Shown in pieces: positions 21,781 to 36,279 of a stretch of DNA of 64,000 nt (position 1 is the first letter of the stretch; every line of letters begins with the position of its first letter). The position numbers and the translations under genes were made by a program. The notes beneath the pieces were generated by a model, which was given only the letters and a program-made list of their open reading frames with translations, was not told the origin of the DNA and searched no databases. This DNA is from Eledone cirrhosa (taxonomy: Eukaryota): positions 308,078,001 to 308,142,000 of the forward strand of contig OZ024741.1 of the NCBI GenBank assembly GCA_964016885.1, written 5' to 3'.

Positions 21781-22044
21781 CTTTGAGGGGAATACACGCT
21801 GACAGAATCTACATGTCCAACTTCTGTTGATTTCATCAAGACTGTGAACATAACCCATCCGTAACTAATGCTTCAGTTGTTTATATTCCAGACGACATTC
21901 CTAAAAAATGACATGCATACATGATCGCTGCAGACTCACACGAAGAGTATTGCAATCGCTTGTCAGATTCAAATGTGTGACGTTCGGATATAACTTTTCA
22001 ACCCTGCTAGAAACCTGCACTCCTTCGCACACTGACGACAACTA

Positions 22045-22322
22045 TGGATCTCCCTAGCTCCAGGTCTTGCATCAGGTGGCCTGTGAACCTTCACAATACC
22101 GTGGAGATCATAGTTCACTGGTTATCTCTGAACATGGCTGCAACTGTGGCTCCTGAGACCAGATTTTCTCAAGCAAATCTTTCCACACTCAGGGCACACC
22201 AATTCAATGGAGACACCGATAATTTCGAGAGATACACTAGGGCGTTGGTTACGCACATCCCGTTTGATCTTCTCGTGCTCTATGCGTCCGTCCTCAAAAT
22301 GATGGACCTCATCATTCACCAT
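22045..22322 (-). mobile_element. RTE-clade LINE 3' end with C-terminal C2H2 finger
   Basis: VHHFEDGRIEHEKIKR...LVCPECGKICLRKSGLRSH. Confidence 0.7.
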
Positions 22323-23429
22323 ACATACAATCATATATATATTTAAAAAATACTTACAAACATACATACACACACACGCACATGCACATTCACACACAAA
22401 CGTGGAACCATACACGCATCCTATCCTACTCATAAATACACACTCTAAAAGCAGACTCCATTTATAGGATAACACAAATGAAAGAGAAGAAAAGGGAAAA
22501 AGGAAAAACGAACTAACTACAACCTAACTGTAACTGACAATTAACCTTCTTTACCACATGAAACCACTTTAGCAAGACATTGTTGTAAAGATCAAAGGAA
22601 AACTGTAATATGGATGCATCACATTAAAAATTAAGATCTTTACTTTAGTTTACTGCACATTTTTACAAAGATTTGTCCACTAGTAAAGACGCTATAAACA
22701 TAAATTAACAAGCCCATTTTTAGATATTGTCTACTAAATCATTACAGGATGTTAAGACATAAAGGAATGCTCACACGCAGAATTAACAATCACCATTAGA
22801 AGTAATACAGCAGATACGTGGGTGTCTTTAGTGACGTTTAGGCCCCTAGTTCTTGATAGAATCGTAAGGATACTGTTCTAAAACATGGCGTGTCTTAGGC
22901 ATTTTAAATCTGACAGAGTCCAATCATCTCCGGAACAGAAAACAATATATTTCTTCTAAAGAAAAAAGCTAGAGAAAGTGAGATTGAGAATGAATCAGTA
23001 TTGGATTGATATTTCATTTTATCGACTTCGAGATTTTAAAGGACAAATCGATCTTGTGGGATTTAAATTCACAGTACTGTGAGCCGGTACATATAATCCG
23101 GCAACCAAAAGATTCTGCCAATTTACCACGTCCAGTAAAGTTTTATTCACATACAAATATTCTCTCTTCGCCAAAGTTTCTATTCCCTGAGAACATTGAT
23201 CAACAAATGGTAATTTGCAACATATTTCCCATGATTCCTAGTGCGAAAAAAAAACAAGAAAAAAAAATGATGCCGCCGCACACAATATTTCATCAAGAAG
23301 ATAAGACCGAAAAAGAGTTAGAAACTTTGACAGGACTGGTAACGTTACTATCCGTAATAAGACTTAAACAACTAATGGAGCAGTGGATGTGTGTGTATTT
23401 ATGTGTATGTGCATGTGTGCATATCTATC

Positions 23430-23477
<48 letters not shown>

Positions 23478-23628
23478 GGAAATAATGAAACGAAATGAAA
23501 CACACCGAGCATTATAATAAATGTTCGGTGAATCCATACGTACATATATGTATGTGTGCATGTATGTATATATATATATATGCATACTACTGTACGTCTG
23601 TATACATATATGTATGTACATATACATA

Positions 23629-23677
<49 letters not shown>

Positions 23678-23964
23678 GATAGATATGAACAGTTATATAT
23701 GTATTATACATATGTTCAATATATTTATATATATACATATATATATATTTATATATATATATGTATATATACATATATTTGTATAAAAATATATATACAT
23801 ATGTGTATAAATATATATATAAATACATATACATACATATACACATTCATACATACATACATACATACATACATACATACATACATACATACATACATAC
23901 CTACATACCTACATACATACATACATACATACATACATACATACATACATACATACATACATAC

Positions 23965-24081
23965 AAAATATGCAAAACATTCTTGCGATTCAAGGGATGA
24001 CAATTTCTTTTCTTTTACAACCTTGCCACCAGGAAGGTGGCCGGTCAAAAAAATATACTCGAAATTAAGAGAAAGAGAAAA
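23965..24081 (+). mobile_element. 5'-truncated R4/Dong-type LINE 3' end embedded in (CATA)n
   Basis: Encodes [11 protein letters not shown]-stop, matching the KICKTF terminus at 37330-37360; long (CATA)n on both sides. Confidence 0.6.
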
Positions 24082-24231
24082 CATACATACAAACATACAT
24101 ACATACATACATACAAACATACATACATACATACATACATGCATACATACATACATACATACATACATACATGCATACATACATACATACATACATACAT
24201 ACATACATACATACATACATACATACATACA

Positions 24232-24262
<31 letters not shown>

Positions 24263-24525
24263 GTAATTAGGTAGGTAACGTGTGATGCAATTATTTTATA
24301 CTTTGTTATATAGACATGTAAATATCTGTCAACTGTAAATACACCATCTTGTACATGGTTTGATAGGCACCACACACATATAAACAACACACACACTCTC
24401 ACTGTTTCATACACACATACACATATAATTATATATTTATATATATATATATTTGTGTGTGTGTTCTATATACATGTCTGTGTAGATATCATATACGCAC
24501 ACACACACATATGTTTATATGTATG

Positions 24526-24558
<33 letters not shown>

Positions 24559-24814
24559 AGTATATACATGTGTGTGTAGATATCATATAGTCAAACACAC
24601 ACACACATGTGTTTATATGTATGTATGTATATATATATATATGTGTGTGTGTGTGTATGTGAATATATGTATATATATGTGTATATATATATGTGTATAT
24701 GTATATGTATATATGTATATGTATATATGTATGTATATATGTATATGTATATATATATATATGTATATGTATATATATATGTGTGTGTATGTATATAAAT
24801 ATATCTTTCTCTCA

Positions 24815-24895
<81 letters not shown>

Positions 24896-25272
24896 TATGT
24901 ATATATATACATATACATATATATATACATATATTTATATATATATTTACTACAGATATTCTGACAATTGAATTTAATTCTTCCAAGCCATCTCCTGTAA
25001 ATATGTATACCCTCGTCATCCCACCCCCACACACCCAGTCACCCATGTGAGCCCCCCTTAATCACGACCTCCCCATCATCATCATCTCCGTATACATACA
25101 AACTAAGACATTCCATATAGTAAACATCCCCCATAATGTTTCTTGTCTTTTATATTTACCAGTCGATTAATCATCTGGACATGCTTATGACATGCTTTTT
25201 ACTGCATGCAGTTGTATTGCGTCTATTGCCGTTGCTGTTGTGCTGCCAGTGCTGCTGCTGCTGCTGCTGCTG

Positions 25273-25334
<62 letters not shown>

Positions 25335-25370
25335 GCTACTACTACTGCTACTACTACTACCACGGCCACC

Positions 25371-25406
<36 letters not shown>

Positions 25407-25412
25407 GCTGCG

Positions 25413-25484
<72 letters not shown>

Positions 25485-25511
25485 GCTGCTACTACTACTG
25501 CTACTGCTGCG

Positions 25512-25549
<38 letters not shown>

Positions 25550-25559
25550 CACGGCCACC

Positions 25560-25593
<34 letters not shown>

Positions 25594-26291
25594 TCACCAA
25601 CACCACCACTACTACTACTACTACAACTACTATCACCACCATCACCACCACCACCACTACTGTTACTTCTACCACCACCACCACCATGTGCGTATGTGTG
25701 TGTGTGTTTGTGAATGTGTGCGCGGGTTTTTTTTAATCTATATGTACGTGTATGTTAGATTAAGTTTATTGTCTCTGTATTGATGTGTGTCCGCATATAT
25801 ATGTGTATGTGCATGTTAATGGGGTATGTTTGTATATATGCATGTATATATGTGCATGTGTTTGCGTGAGATTATATATTTGCATGTTTTTGTACATACA
25901 TCTATGTATAGTGTGCCTGCGTTGACGTGTTTCTGCAACAAATATGACTGTTTTCCTATCATTTGGTGATGTATCATTGTAAAATAAATGCTTATTCAGA
26001 CAGCAGCCATTACATTCCTATATCAAACACCCTTTAGAAAACGTCTTTGGCTCAGTTATGTCAGAAGTAAAGTTATAGTTAAATTCTCTTTTATCTTGTC
26101 TTAAGTTTTCTCTCTTCCTCGATGATGTACTGTCAGTATTTATAGCCAGAATAGAAGCCAATGTAATTCCGATGCCAAGCACCCCAATAGCAACACAATT
26201 TACATGATTTGCAAAATTTGCATAAAAGAATGAAAAGAATGTTTCCATGTGTGAAGCTACCTCTCTCTCTCTATATATATATATATACACA

Positions 26292-26373
<82 letters not shown>

Positions 26374-26461
26374 ATATATTATATAAATACATACATACAT
26401 ACATATATACATACATATACATTCGTACATCCATATGAAGGTGAGTAGGTATATACATATA

Positions 26462-26552
<91 letters not shown>

Positions 26553-27167
26553 TATATACAAACATACATTCATACATACATACAAGTATATACATTCATA
26601 TATACATACATAGATACATACATGCATTCATACACCATAAATACATACACAAATGCATACACACATACATACATACATACACACACACATGTATATACAC
26701 ACATGCATACATACATACATTCATACATACATACATACATCAAAACCATGAATATACACGTAGAGTCAACGATGATGCACATAAGCTTCCATCTGTCCAC
26801 TATCGAGAACATTCCAAAAATCCAGATTAACTGTATATATCTTTATTACTTCAGTTATCTGTCTGCGTACATCTTACAATCATATTCTGGGTGACAAAAT
26901 TATATAAAACCTTCGTCTCTTCGTTTGTGATATTCTGGATTCAGAAAATAGGATGTGTTATAAGACGCCATCATTACCTGAGAAATGATTTGCAAAATAA
27001 ACCAACGTGTAAAGTTTTACACTGTTGCTTAATTTACCGGAAAGAGGAACCCTATAAATCGTCTTCAACTCACATTCACGTCATTAAAAAATACACGAAT
27101 ATATGATAGATTATGTCTGAAGAAAAAGAACCACAGCATCGTCGTGACTGGAATGTTTTTTATTAGG

Positions 27168-27772
27168 TCTGCTAAGGGCAGTGGATTGGCAGTATCGGTA
27201 GAGGGTCAGACGCCATGCTTTGCAGCATCGAGTTACGGCTCATTTACGTTCTGAGTTCAAATGCCGCCGAGGTTGGCTTTGCTTTTCATCCTTACATCGT
27301 CGATAAAATAAAGTACCAGTAACGTACTGGGGTCGATTTAATCGACTTCCACCTCCCCCAAAATTACTGACCATGTGCCTATACTAGAAATCATTATATG
27401 TCTGCTAAGGGCAGTGGATTGGCAGTATCCGTTGAGCGTCGGACACCATGCTTTGTAGCATAGAGTTACGGCTCATTTACGTTTTGATTTCATCTTTACG
27501 TAGTCAATAAAATAAAGTACCAGACACGCATTGAGGTCGATTTAATCGACTTTCCCCTCTCTCGAAAATTGTTGGCCTTGTGCCTACATCAGAAACCATT
27601 ATATGTCTGTTAAGGGTGGTTGGATTGGCAGTATCGTTAGAACCTCGGGTAATATGCTTTGCTGTATTATGTCTCTTTACATGCTGAGCTCAAATCCCGC
27701 CGAGATTAGCTTTGTCTTTCATTCTCGATAAAATAAAGTACCATTAACGTACTGGGGGCGATTTAATCAACT
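27168..27772 (+). mobile_element. Three tandem SINE family A copies
   Basis: Units start near 27168, 27401 and 27606, each with TCTG(C/T)TAAGGG before the head. Confidence 0.85.
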
Positions 27773-28099
27773 TAATCACTTTAATACTAACTTGAATAAT
27801 TAAACCTAACTTCGGCATGTCTGAATTTGTTTGTCTCTTTATACGTCTGTATCAAATAGCAGTGAATTGGTAAAATTCTTACGACGGTGGGTGGAGTGCT
27901 TGGCAGTGTTGTTTCAAATCAGTGTTGTTTCAAATTTGCGGAGGTCAACATTGTCTTTCAACCACACAAAGTTAAACAAGTTGCCTAGAAAGAACTGTTC
28001 CGGTTCTTTGCAAGTAACATATAAGACGGCAACCGCATTCTGGAGCTTCATCAATAACCAGTGAATGGAATATACAAAGTATTTTGCCTGACACGCTGC

Positions 28100-28281
28100 C
28101 GCAGTATCGGTAGAGGGTCGGACACCATGCTTTGTAACATAGATTTACGGCCCTTTCCGGTCTGAGTTCAAATCCCGCCGAGGTTAACTTTGCTTTTCAT
28201 CCTTACGGGGTCGATAAAATAAAGTACCAGTAATGCACTAGGGATGATTGCTGGCCTTGTGCCAAAAGTAGAAACAATAAT
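28100..28281 (+). mobile_element. SINE family A
   Basis: Near-consensus copy. Confidence 0.85.
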
Positions 28282-28973
28282 TTATTGGGCGTCTGGCAAA
28301 ATGTCTTGGGGTATTTAATTACAACCTTTTCCGTTCTGAGTCTAAATTCCGCCGAGATCAACTTGTGTTTCACCCTTCCGAAGTCAATAAAAGAAAATCT
28401 CAGATAACTCATGATTTTTGTATAATCGACTGTACACGCTACATATGTGTGGAATATTGTTGATATAAGAAAATTCATATGAGAAAATGCCAAAGACAGC
28501 ACAGATATTAGCTAATAAACAAGTCATTTTGCCATGTCCAATACAATACATTTAAGTAAAGATATATATATTTAGTGAATATGATTGCATAGTTAAGAAA
28601 TTTATATAGATCCAGTCCTACTGTGAAGCAAATTTGGGCAAATATCATCTACTTACTCTAACTTCGGATTTATCAAGGCTTTGTGATTTACATATAGCAG
28701 AGGAAAATGCATATACGCCAGTCCTGTGTATATGTATATTTGTGTGTGTGTATGTGTATATGTGTATGTGTGTGTGGTGGGGTGTATGTATGTATATGTG
28801 TATGCACTCACGCATGTATGTGTGAGTGAGTGCGTGTGTGTATTCATAAAAAAAGCTGTTAATCCATCAGTTTACTCAGAGGTTCGAAGCCGGATATTAT
28901 GAAACCCTGAGTGACCAAATGGATTAACAGTTAATTCTTTATATTGAGTGCCTTTGTTCTTAAACATAAGTAA

Positions 28974-29020
<47 letters not shown>

Positions 29021-29027
29021 ATGTATG

Positions 29028-29058
<31 letters not shown>

Positions 29059-29059
29059 G

Positions 29060-29130
<71 letters not shown>

Positions 29131-29339
29131 ATATATATATATATATATATATAAAGCGAGAAAACGAAAAAGAATGCCTGAGAGAGATAGATATACTTAT
29201 GTGTGTAAGTTTGTGTATGTGTGTGTGAGAGAGGGAGAGTAAATGTGTATTTGTATGTAAGAAGATTTAGGGCACTTGAATTGGTTTAAGCTGTAATAAA
29301 GGCGATCTAAATGATACGATAATCTATTATCCCTTATTC

Positions 29340-29428
<89 letters not shown>

Positions 29429-30798
29429 GAAAGCATTAGCAATAGTGGTGCTGCTGAAAAAGGGACCACTTCTTTTGCAGGTGTCGCCCGAAATATCGAG
29501 ACAGTGTTAGTCACAGAGGAGGAGATGGCAATCGCAAGGGCCATGGTGACAAGAAGCGCCAATAGAGTCTCCCTGAAACCTCCACCCGGTTTTTTCAAAG
29601 ACCAGCAGCTACGGACGGTGGCTTACCGCACCGTAAGTAAAATCTCACATCGGGTGGAGAGAGCCACGGAGGCTCAAATCCAAAAGGCGTTGGGGTGCGT
29701 CTGGGCACGCAAAACCCACATCACCCGAGGCAGAAAGTACGCCACAGTAGACGTACTTTTCGCCACCCCCCAGGAAGCAAAGTCTCACTCTTTGGAAACC
29801 CTAAAGAGTGACGAGATAGTCTTGGTGCCCTCCTACTGCGGGCAGAAAATTGTGAGGGTCAAAGTGACCCAGGTCCCACCCGACGTGCCCATACCTTGGC
29901 TGGCCGCGTCTGTCCTTGCTGGAATCGAGGACAGGAATCGAGGACAGGACAACCAAGCTGCAAGAAAAGACCCGAACAATGGGGATGTTCTCGATAATTT
30001 CAGGCCCATAACCCTGCTAAAGGCAGAGTTCAAGATTTTGGCCAAGGTGTTAGCAACGAGGTTGGCGCTTGTCGTCAAGGGTCTGGTAGGAGAGGCGCAG
30101 ACATGCGCCATTCCGGACAGATCCATACACGACAACCTCCACCTCATGCGATACATCATAGAGAGGGTGGTTAAGGAACCTGACACGGGTGGGGCCCTGA
30201 TCAACTTGGATCGATCCAAAGCATTCGATAGGGTCGACTATCGGTACCTGGCGGCGGTCCTCGAGGCAGCCGGTTTCGGGCCCGTTTTCAGGGGTTGGAT
30301 CGCTGCGATGCACAGCGACATCTTCTCAGTTGTGAGGGTGAACGGTCACCTGTCGCAGCCGTTCAGCATCATGCTCTCAGTCCACCAGGGTTGTCCCCTC
30401 TCGTCCCTCTTGTACGTATTGGCTCTCGAGCCCTTACTGCACAAACTGGGGGCGATGAGGGGCGTCCCACGCGAACTAGGATGCGGGAAATCAGAGTCGG
30501 CTTAGGCCGACGACCTCACCGTGGTGGTATCGAGCACCAGACACGTCCAGATGCTCGGCGTCGCTCTCAAGGAATACGAAGCGGTGACAGGAGCAAAGAT
30601 AAACCAGGAAAAGTCGGTGGGCTTGCAGCTCGGCACCTGGAGAGGCAAGTCCATGCCGTGCGACAGCGTCGTGGGGCGTTGGACGGACGGACCGGTCAAA
30701 TTGCTCGGGGTCTGTCCGAGCCTGTCCGAGATGCGCGCAGAGCGACGAAACCGTCGTGCACGCACTCGTTCAGTGCCCGAGCATTGCTGACTTGTGGG
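29429..30798 (+). mobile_element. Tx1/L1-type LINE with internal deletions (probable ORF1 N-terminus, RT, C-terminal CCHC finger)
   Basis: RT motifs NFRPITLLKAEFKILAKVLATRL, LINLDRSKAFDRVD, VHQGCPLSSLLY, and SA*ADDL (YADD with a stop). From about 30720 another frame reads ACPRCAQSDETVVHALVQCPSIADLW, a zf-RVT-like motif. No endonuclease domain is present. Confidence 0.85.
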
Positions 30799-31215
30799 GC
30801 GTATAACCATTGAGAGGAAGTAGGATATCCTGTAGTTGCTAGCTATATTAGCTCCGCATACGGGTCTTGTTGGTGGTCCTGTTGTCGGGTCGTCGACTGT
30901 CTTGTGGTCTTTGCGGAGCCCATACAAGGGTGGTATGCCATTGTTAGACGCCTGGAAGTTGTTGGCAGTGCGTCTGCTTGGCTTTAGGATGTCAGTCCTC
31001 ATCATCATGTGAGCGTTGAGGATTTTCTCTCTCCCATCATGTGTTTGTTGTGCAATTTCGCTCGTGTTGGTGATGTGGGGTTGCATAGCCTTGATGTAGT
31101 TCGGCATGCTATCTATTGACATCCTACCAGACTTATCCGTGGGTAGACATACTACCTCACCATCACTTGTGCGCTGCTTGAGGCTAACCAAGCCTTCTAC
31201 AGGTCGCACATGCAA
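30790..31215 (-). mobile_element. Inverted 5' segment of a Penelope-like RT
   Basis: VCLPTDKSG, IPPLYGLRKDHK, PTRPVCGA, SYFLSMVIRP. Confidence 0.85.
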
Positions 31216-33059
31216 TAGGGGCTAGTATCAAAACTACCCTAAAGGGCCACAGATTTAAGTTCAACGAGAAGATCTACACCCAAAATGAGGGAGCAGCCAT
31301 CGGCGTCAGCATAGCTGGTGATGTTGCCAACCTTTTCATGGTATGGTGGGAAAGGAGACTTAAAGATCTCCTTAATGAGAGCTCCATAGACCTCATCATG
31401 TACTCTCGTTATGTAGACGATATCAATATAGTTATAAGAACACCCCCACTAGAGAGCACTAACAAGTTTGATTTAGAACGTAGCACGATGGAAAGCATCC
31501 AGCAGATAGCTAATTCCATACACCAGAGTATAACTGTAACTATCGACTTCCCTTCCAAACACCCTAACAATAGACTACCTGTATTAGACACAGAACTCTG
31601 GATTAACACTATAGACGAAAGAGCCCAAATTCTCCACTCACACTATGCTAAACCCATGGCCTCCAAATACCTGATACTCAAAAACTCAGCAATGTCCAGT
31701 AGTGCTAAGTTTAATATTCTGATCGCAGATTTGGTACGAGTGATGAAGAATGTGGCCCGCATGTGCGACCCAACAGAAATGGAAAGACACATCCAACACT
31801 TCATCAACCGCATGCAGTTCTCTGGCTACAACCAAAGAGACAGAGTCAGAGTATACGAAGGAGCCACGGAGAAGTATAAGACCCTCATAGAACTGGACAT
31901 GAAAGGAATTTGCCCATTATACAGGAGCAAATCATGGAATAGCTTAGATAGGGCTAGACATAAGATAGGGAAATCCAGCTCATGGTACGACAACCAGAGA
32001 TACCAGAGTGTCATGTTTGTGGACGCTACCCCTGGAGGGAAATTAGCTAACCAGTGTAGAAAGGCCCTGAGAAAGACCCACTTAAAAATAAAGGTGGTAG
32101 AAAAGCCAGGAACCACCATAAAGTCCCTGATCAGCAAAACCTACCCTTTTAAGAAAACCCACTGTACCAATAGGAAATGTATCATATGTAAGGTGAACCC
32201 CCGGATAAACTGTAAAACTAGAAACGTAGTCTATAGCATAAGATGTACAGAGGGTACTTGCAGAAACATGACAACAACATACATAGGTGAGACAGCTCGT
32301 AGCATAGGTGAAAGATAGACCAACACTGGGGGGAACTAAAAGGACGAAAAAACGGGTCAGTACTATACGAACATGCTAGACAACAACATGACGGTAACAT
32401 AGACAACATAGAAATTAGAATAATATCTAAACATAGAAATGACCCAGCAGATAGGCAAATCAGAGAGGCCAGTGAAATAGAAATTAGAAGACCAAGGCTA
32501 AACAGAAAGAATGAATGGAATAACAACAACACCCAAACAAACAACACTGACCTAAGAGAAGTATAAATAAGTAAATAAAATAAAATAAATAAATAAATAA
32601 ATAAATACATACACAAGCACAATAACAACAAGCACATAAACACACACTAGTCACCCATCACACAGCAAAAAAAAACACTATACACACACGCAAACGCATG
32701 CGCAAAGAAGACAAAATAAAATAAACAAACAAGCAAATAAATAAATAAATATATAGACAGACTGAATAAAAATGGCGTAGACATACAATACAACAGGAGG
32801 AAAATATAGCACCACTGACGATGTTGCAGATGTGCAACGAAAGATTTATGATAAACTATATATGTGTTTGTGTCTATATTGAATCTGTATTATTTTTGAC
32901 CGCCGGTCAGTCAATTGCAACATTGAGGACCGAGTAAGTTAGATTACCGATATAAAAGATACAGAAGCGAGAAGCGAAAACCAACCAAACAGTGAATGTG
33001 TTCTGTTATTAATTCTGGCAATATTACACAAATATGACCCTCCCCAAGTATAACAATAT
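31216..33059 (+). mobile_element. Penelope-like retroelement 3' part: RT, GIY-YIG endonuclease and 3' region with hammerhead
   Basis: IYTQNEGAAIG, YSRYVDD, LPVLD, CTNRKCIIC..NCKTRNVVYSIRC..YIGETARSIGER, LNRKNEW; ends in (TA)n. Confidence 0.92.
32813..32850 (+). ncRNA. Minimal type I hammerhead ribozyme
   Basis: CA CTGACGA T GTTGCA GATG TGCAAC GAAA GATT TA TG; perfect 6 bp stem II. Confidence 0.75.
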
Positions 33060-33404
33060 ATATATATATATATTGGAAATGTGTGTAATCCTTGGTACAG
33101 TTAGGTATATTAAGACAGGGGGGAGAAAAAATGGCTTCACTTGTGCTTTCAACAAATTTATTTTCTTCACAAAATCCAAAAAGATTTTTTTTTTTTTTCC
33201 CGGATTAGAAAAAAAATTTTTTTTTTTTTTTTTTCTTAAAAAAAATTATTTTATAAATTAAGTTGTTGGTTGTTGGTTAGGAGTTCTTGGTTAACGTAGG
33301 AGGTATTGTTTCGTTTTTAGAACGACCTTTCACGCTGAGGTGCGCTTGTCAAACTGATGTGTATGTGGTGTGTTGTTCTATATATAGGGATTATATATAT
33401 ATAT

Positions 33405-36279
33405 AAGTGAAATGATTACAAAGGAGACATAAATAGGGTAGGGAAGGATATAGTTACTAGCTTAGACATAGATAAGTACACCAACCTATATGTCCCTATG
33501 ACACCTAGATTCTCTCTTAAGGATCACAAATGTAACTTTAATGAAAACCCCACTATTAGCTTAATATAGCCTTCTACATCGGATATAGGTAAAATTAGTA
33601 AAGTGACCCTAGATAGAGTACTAGTAGAACTTAATAGCAAAGCCAAGGTCTGTCTCTGGAGCAACACCGAACAGAGTTAGCCGATAAAGCAACTCTCAAG
33701 TTCATCCAGTTTGACATAGACAGCTACTATTCCTCGATCTCCACCATACTCTTAAACAAGGCCCTTATCTTAGCTAAGTCTAACACTAGCCTTACTAAAA
33801 AAGAGATAGATATAGTACTAGCAGCGCGTAGAACTATTATCCAGTTCGAAGGCCCCCATTGGACCAGAACCAACCGGCCTGATAACTTCGATATCACGAT
33901 GGGGTCCCGTGACTGGGCGCAAGTGACCGACCTGGTTGGTATATACCTCCTCCATAGACTTAGGGACGAGATACCGGTCCTACAAGGAGGTGTATATAGG
34001 GACGATGCCCTATTTACCGTTAGAAACGATAGCCCCCGCAGGATAGAGAATCGTAACAAGCGCATACGCAGGTACTTTTCTTCAAGTCATATGGCCTATC
34101 TGTCACTATAGACCTCAACCACCAGATAGTCAACTTCCTGGACGTGACCCTGGAGTTGGGTTCGGGCCGATATAAGCCATACCATAAGCCCGGGGAGATT
34201 CTGTCTTATATAAATTATGCATCAAACCACCCTAAGTCTACTCTCAACTCCATAGTATATAGCATATCCCATAGGATCTCGAGGCTCTCCGCCAACGAGG
34301 ATATCTTCAACCAAGCGGCCGAATACTACAATAAGGCCTTGCTAAATGCTGGATTTAACCAAGGAATCTCTAGAAACCACCCCATCATAGCTCTAATGTT
34401 ATAGTAAGCCATACCTATAACCGAGTACGCAGGGCCTAGACAGAGTCAAGAACTATAGTATAGAGAATTACACTAAGGAACACGGCCATTACATGAGTGC
34501 TGGCGTAGATAACCTACAGCACAATAAGGGTCACATACTGGTAACGGTAGCTGCTGTAGCCTACTAGAATTATTCCCTAACTATAAGATTAGTAATAGCG
34601 ATGGCCTATTACCAACGCCCTTCAACCGGTATCTAGCTACACATAAACGTAACAGAAGGAAGGCGCGTGCACCTGAACATAAAGCGAAGGGGATGCATAA
34701 CTGGCTACAGCGCAGTACCAACCATAAGAACGGTCAACTAGGAAGCACAACCCGTAGCAAACCCACAGATACGCGGAAACGCCACCGTAACGTCCTATGG
34801 TTCCACCCTCCCTACTCTTGGAGTGTCGCCTCCGACCTACCCAGGATATTCTTCGAAGCTTTAGAGAAGAACTTTCCACCCAACCATAAATATAGGAAAA
34901 TCCTCAATAAAAATAATATTAAAATATCCTTCTCTACCACCTCCAATCTAGCTGACATCATAGGAACAACTAATCACAGTAAGATCACCAAAACACGGCA
35001 CCTTAGCACAGATACGTCTAGACCCGACAGCAACCCTAATAGCCTTAACGTCTCCATAAACAGACGAAACCGACATAACCGAGGCGAGACTGGAGAGTAG
35101 CTGGTGACCCGTACGGGTCACCCACCGGCAACAGAAGGCGCTGCGGCGTGCGGAGTGATAATAGTACTACCCCGCACGCCATATGATATAATAGTACTAA
35201 CGACCAAGATAGAAGAGTAGATAACAACATAGGTAGCAATAGTAATAGCTTTACTTCAGCAACTAGGAGCGACCGTGGCCGAAAATGCAACTGTCGTGAC
35301 AGGGGAAGCTGCCCTCTCAGGGGAAATTGCCTGACTGATAATGTTATTTATAGGTGCACTATAACTAGCCATAATAGCGTTAAGCATTATATAGGGGCCA
35401 CCTCTGGCAAGTTCAAAACTAGATTTCGAACACATCTCCACTCTTTTAGAAACAAAAAACTAAGACACTCCACGTCACTTGCGAATTACATCACAACATT
35501 AAAAGACGCCAACATCAGCTTCTCCACACACTGGGAAATTGTCGGCAGAGCAGCACCCTATAATTTGAAGAGGAAGTGCGAGCTTTGCCTCATGGAACTT
35601 TACTATATCATAAGAGCACTCCTTGAACTCATAATCAGCAGAGCAGAATCGGTGATAAACTGCAGGCACCGAATACAGGTGTCTTACTTCGGATTGAAAT
35701 CGACTGAGGCATGAAAACCATAAACTGGGTCCCCCCTTCACCAAACCATAACAATCCAGTGGTCAGGCAGCGCAAATAAACATCTGTAAACCAACTATGC
35801 ATCCCAGACCCTGCTCGAATCGACAATAGTAAAGCTGCACCCACAAAATAGTAATGGAAAAACACCATCATGTGAACGGGTTATAAGCAGTTTGGGGACG
35901 ATTATCCAAACACCGGCAGAGTTACTCACCTTGCTCTGTGGCAAAAACAATACATGTGTTTGAACGAAGAATGAACTTTGATGTAATTTTAACCTTAAAA
36001 CCCCTCCCGGGTCATGTACTGAACATTTTTTAGTTTTCTATGCCCTTGAGAAGCCCTTTTCGGGCGAAACGTACGTAGGTGCTTTCTTATATAAACATGT
36101 TTTAACGGTATATTCTCCTTTGTAATCATTTCACTTGTAACAGCTCTACTTATATTATCGCCCGCTAGATATTAACGCTTCTAATATTCAACCCTGTAGG
36201 CACAAGTATTGAGCACATATGCACAAGCTATTGGCAACTAACTATATGTATCGCTTATCTCTTCTTCTCTCTCTTGATA

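Noticed and set aside
26018-26230. Minus-strand TATA plus octamer motif and a hydrophobic ORF stretch
   Set aside because: Short motifs are expected by chance in AT-rich DNA; no linked gene is seen.
27168-27772. CRISPR-like repeat array
   Set aside because: These are ~200 bp SINE units with no repeat-spacer structure, in a eukaryotic context.
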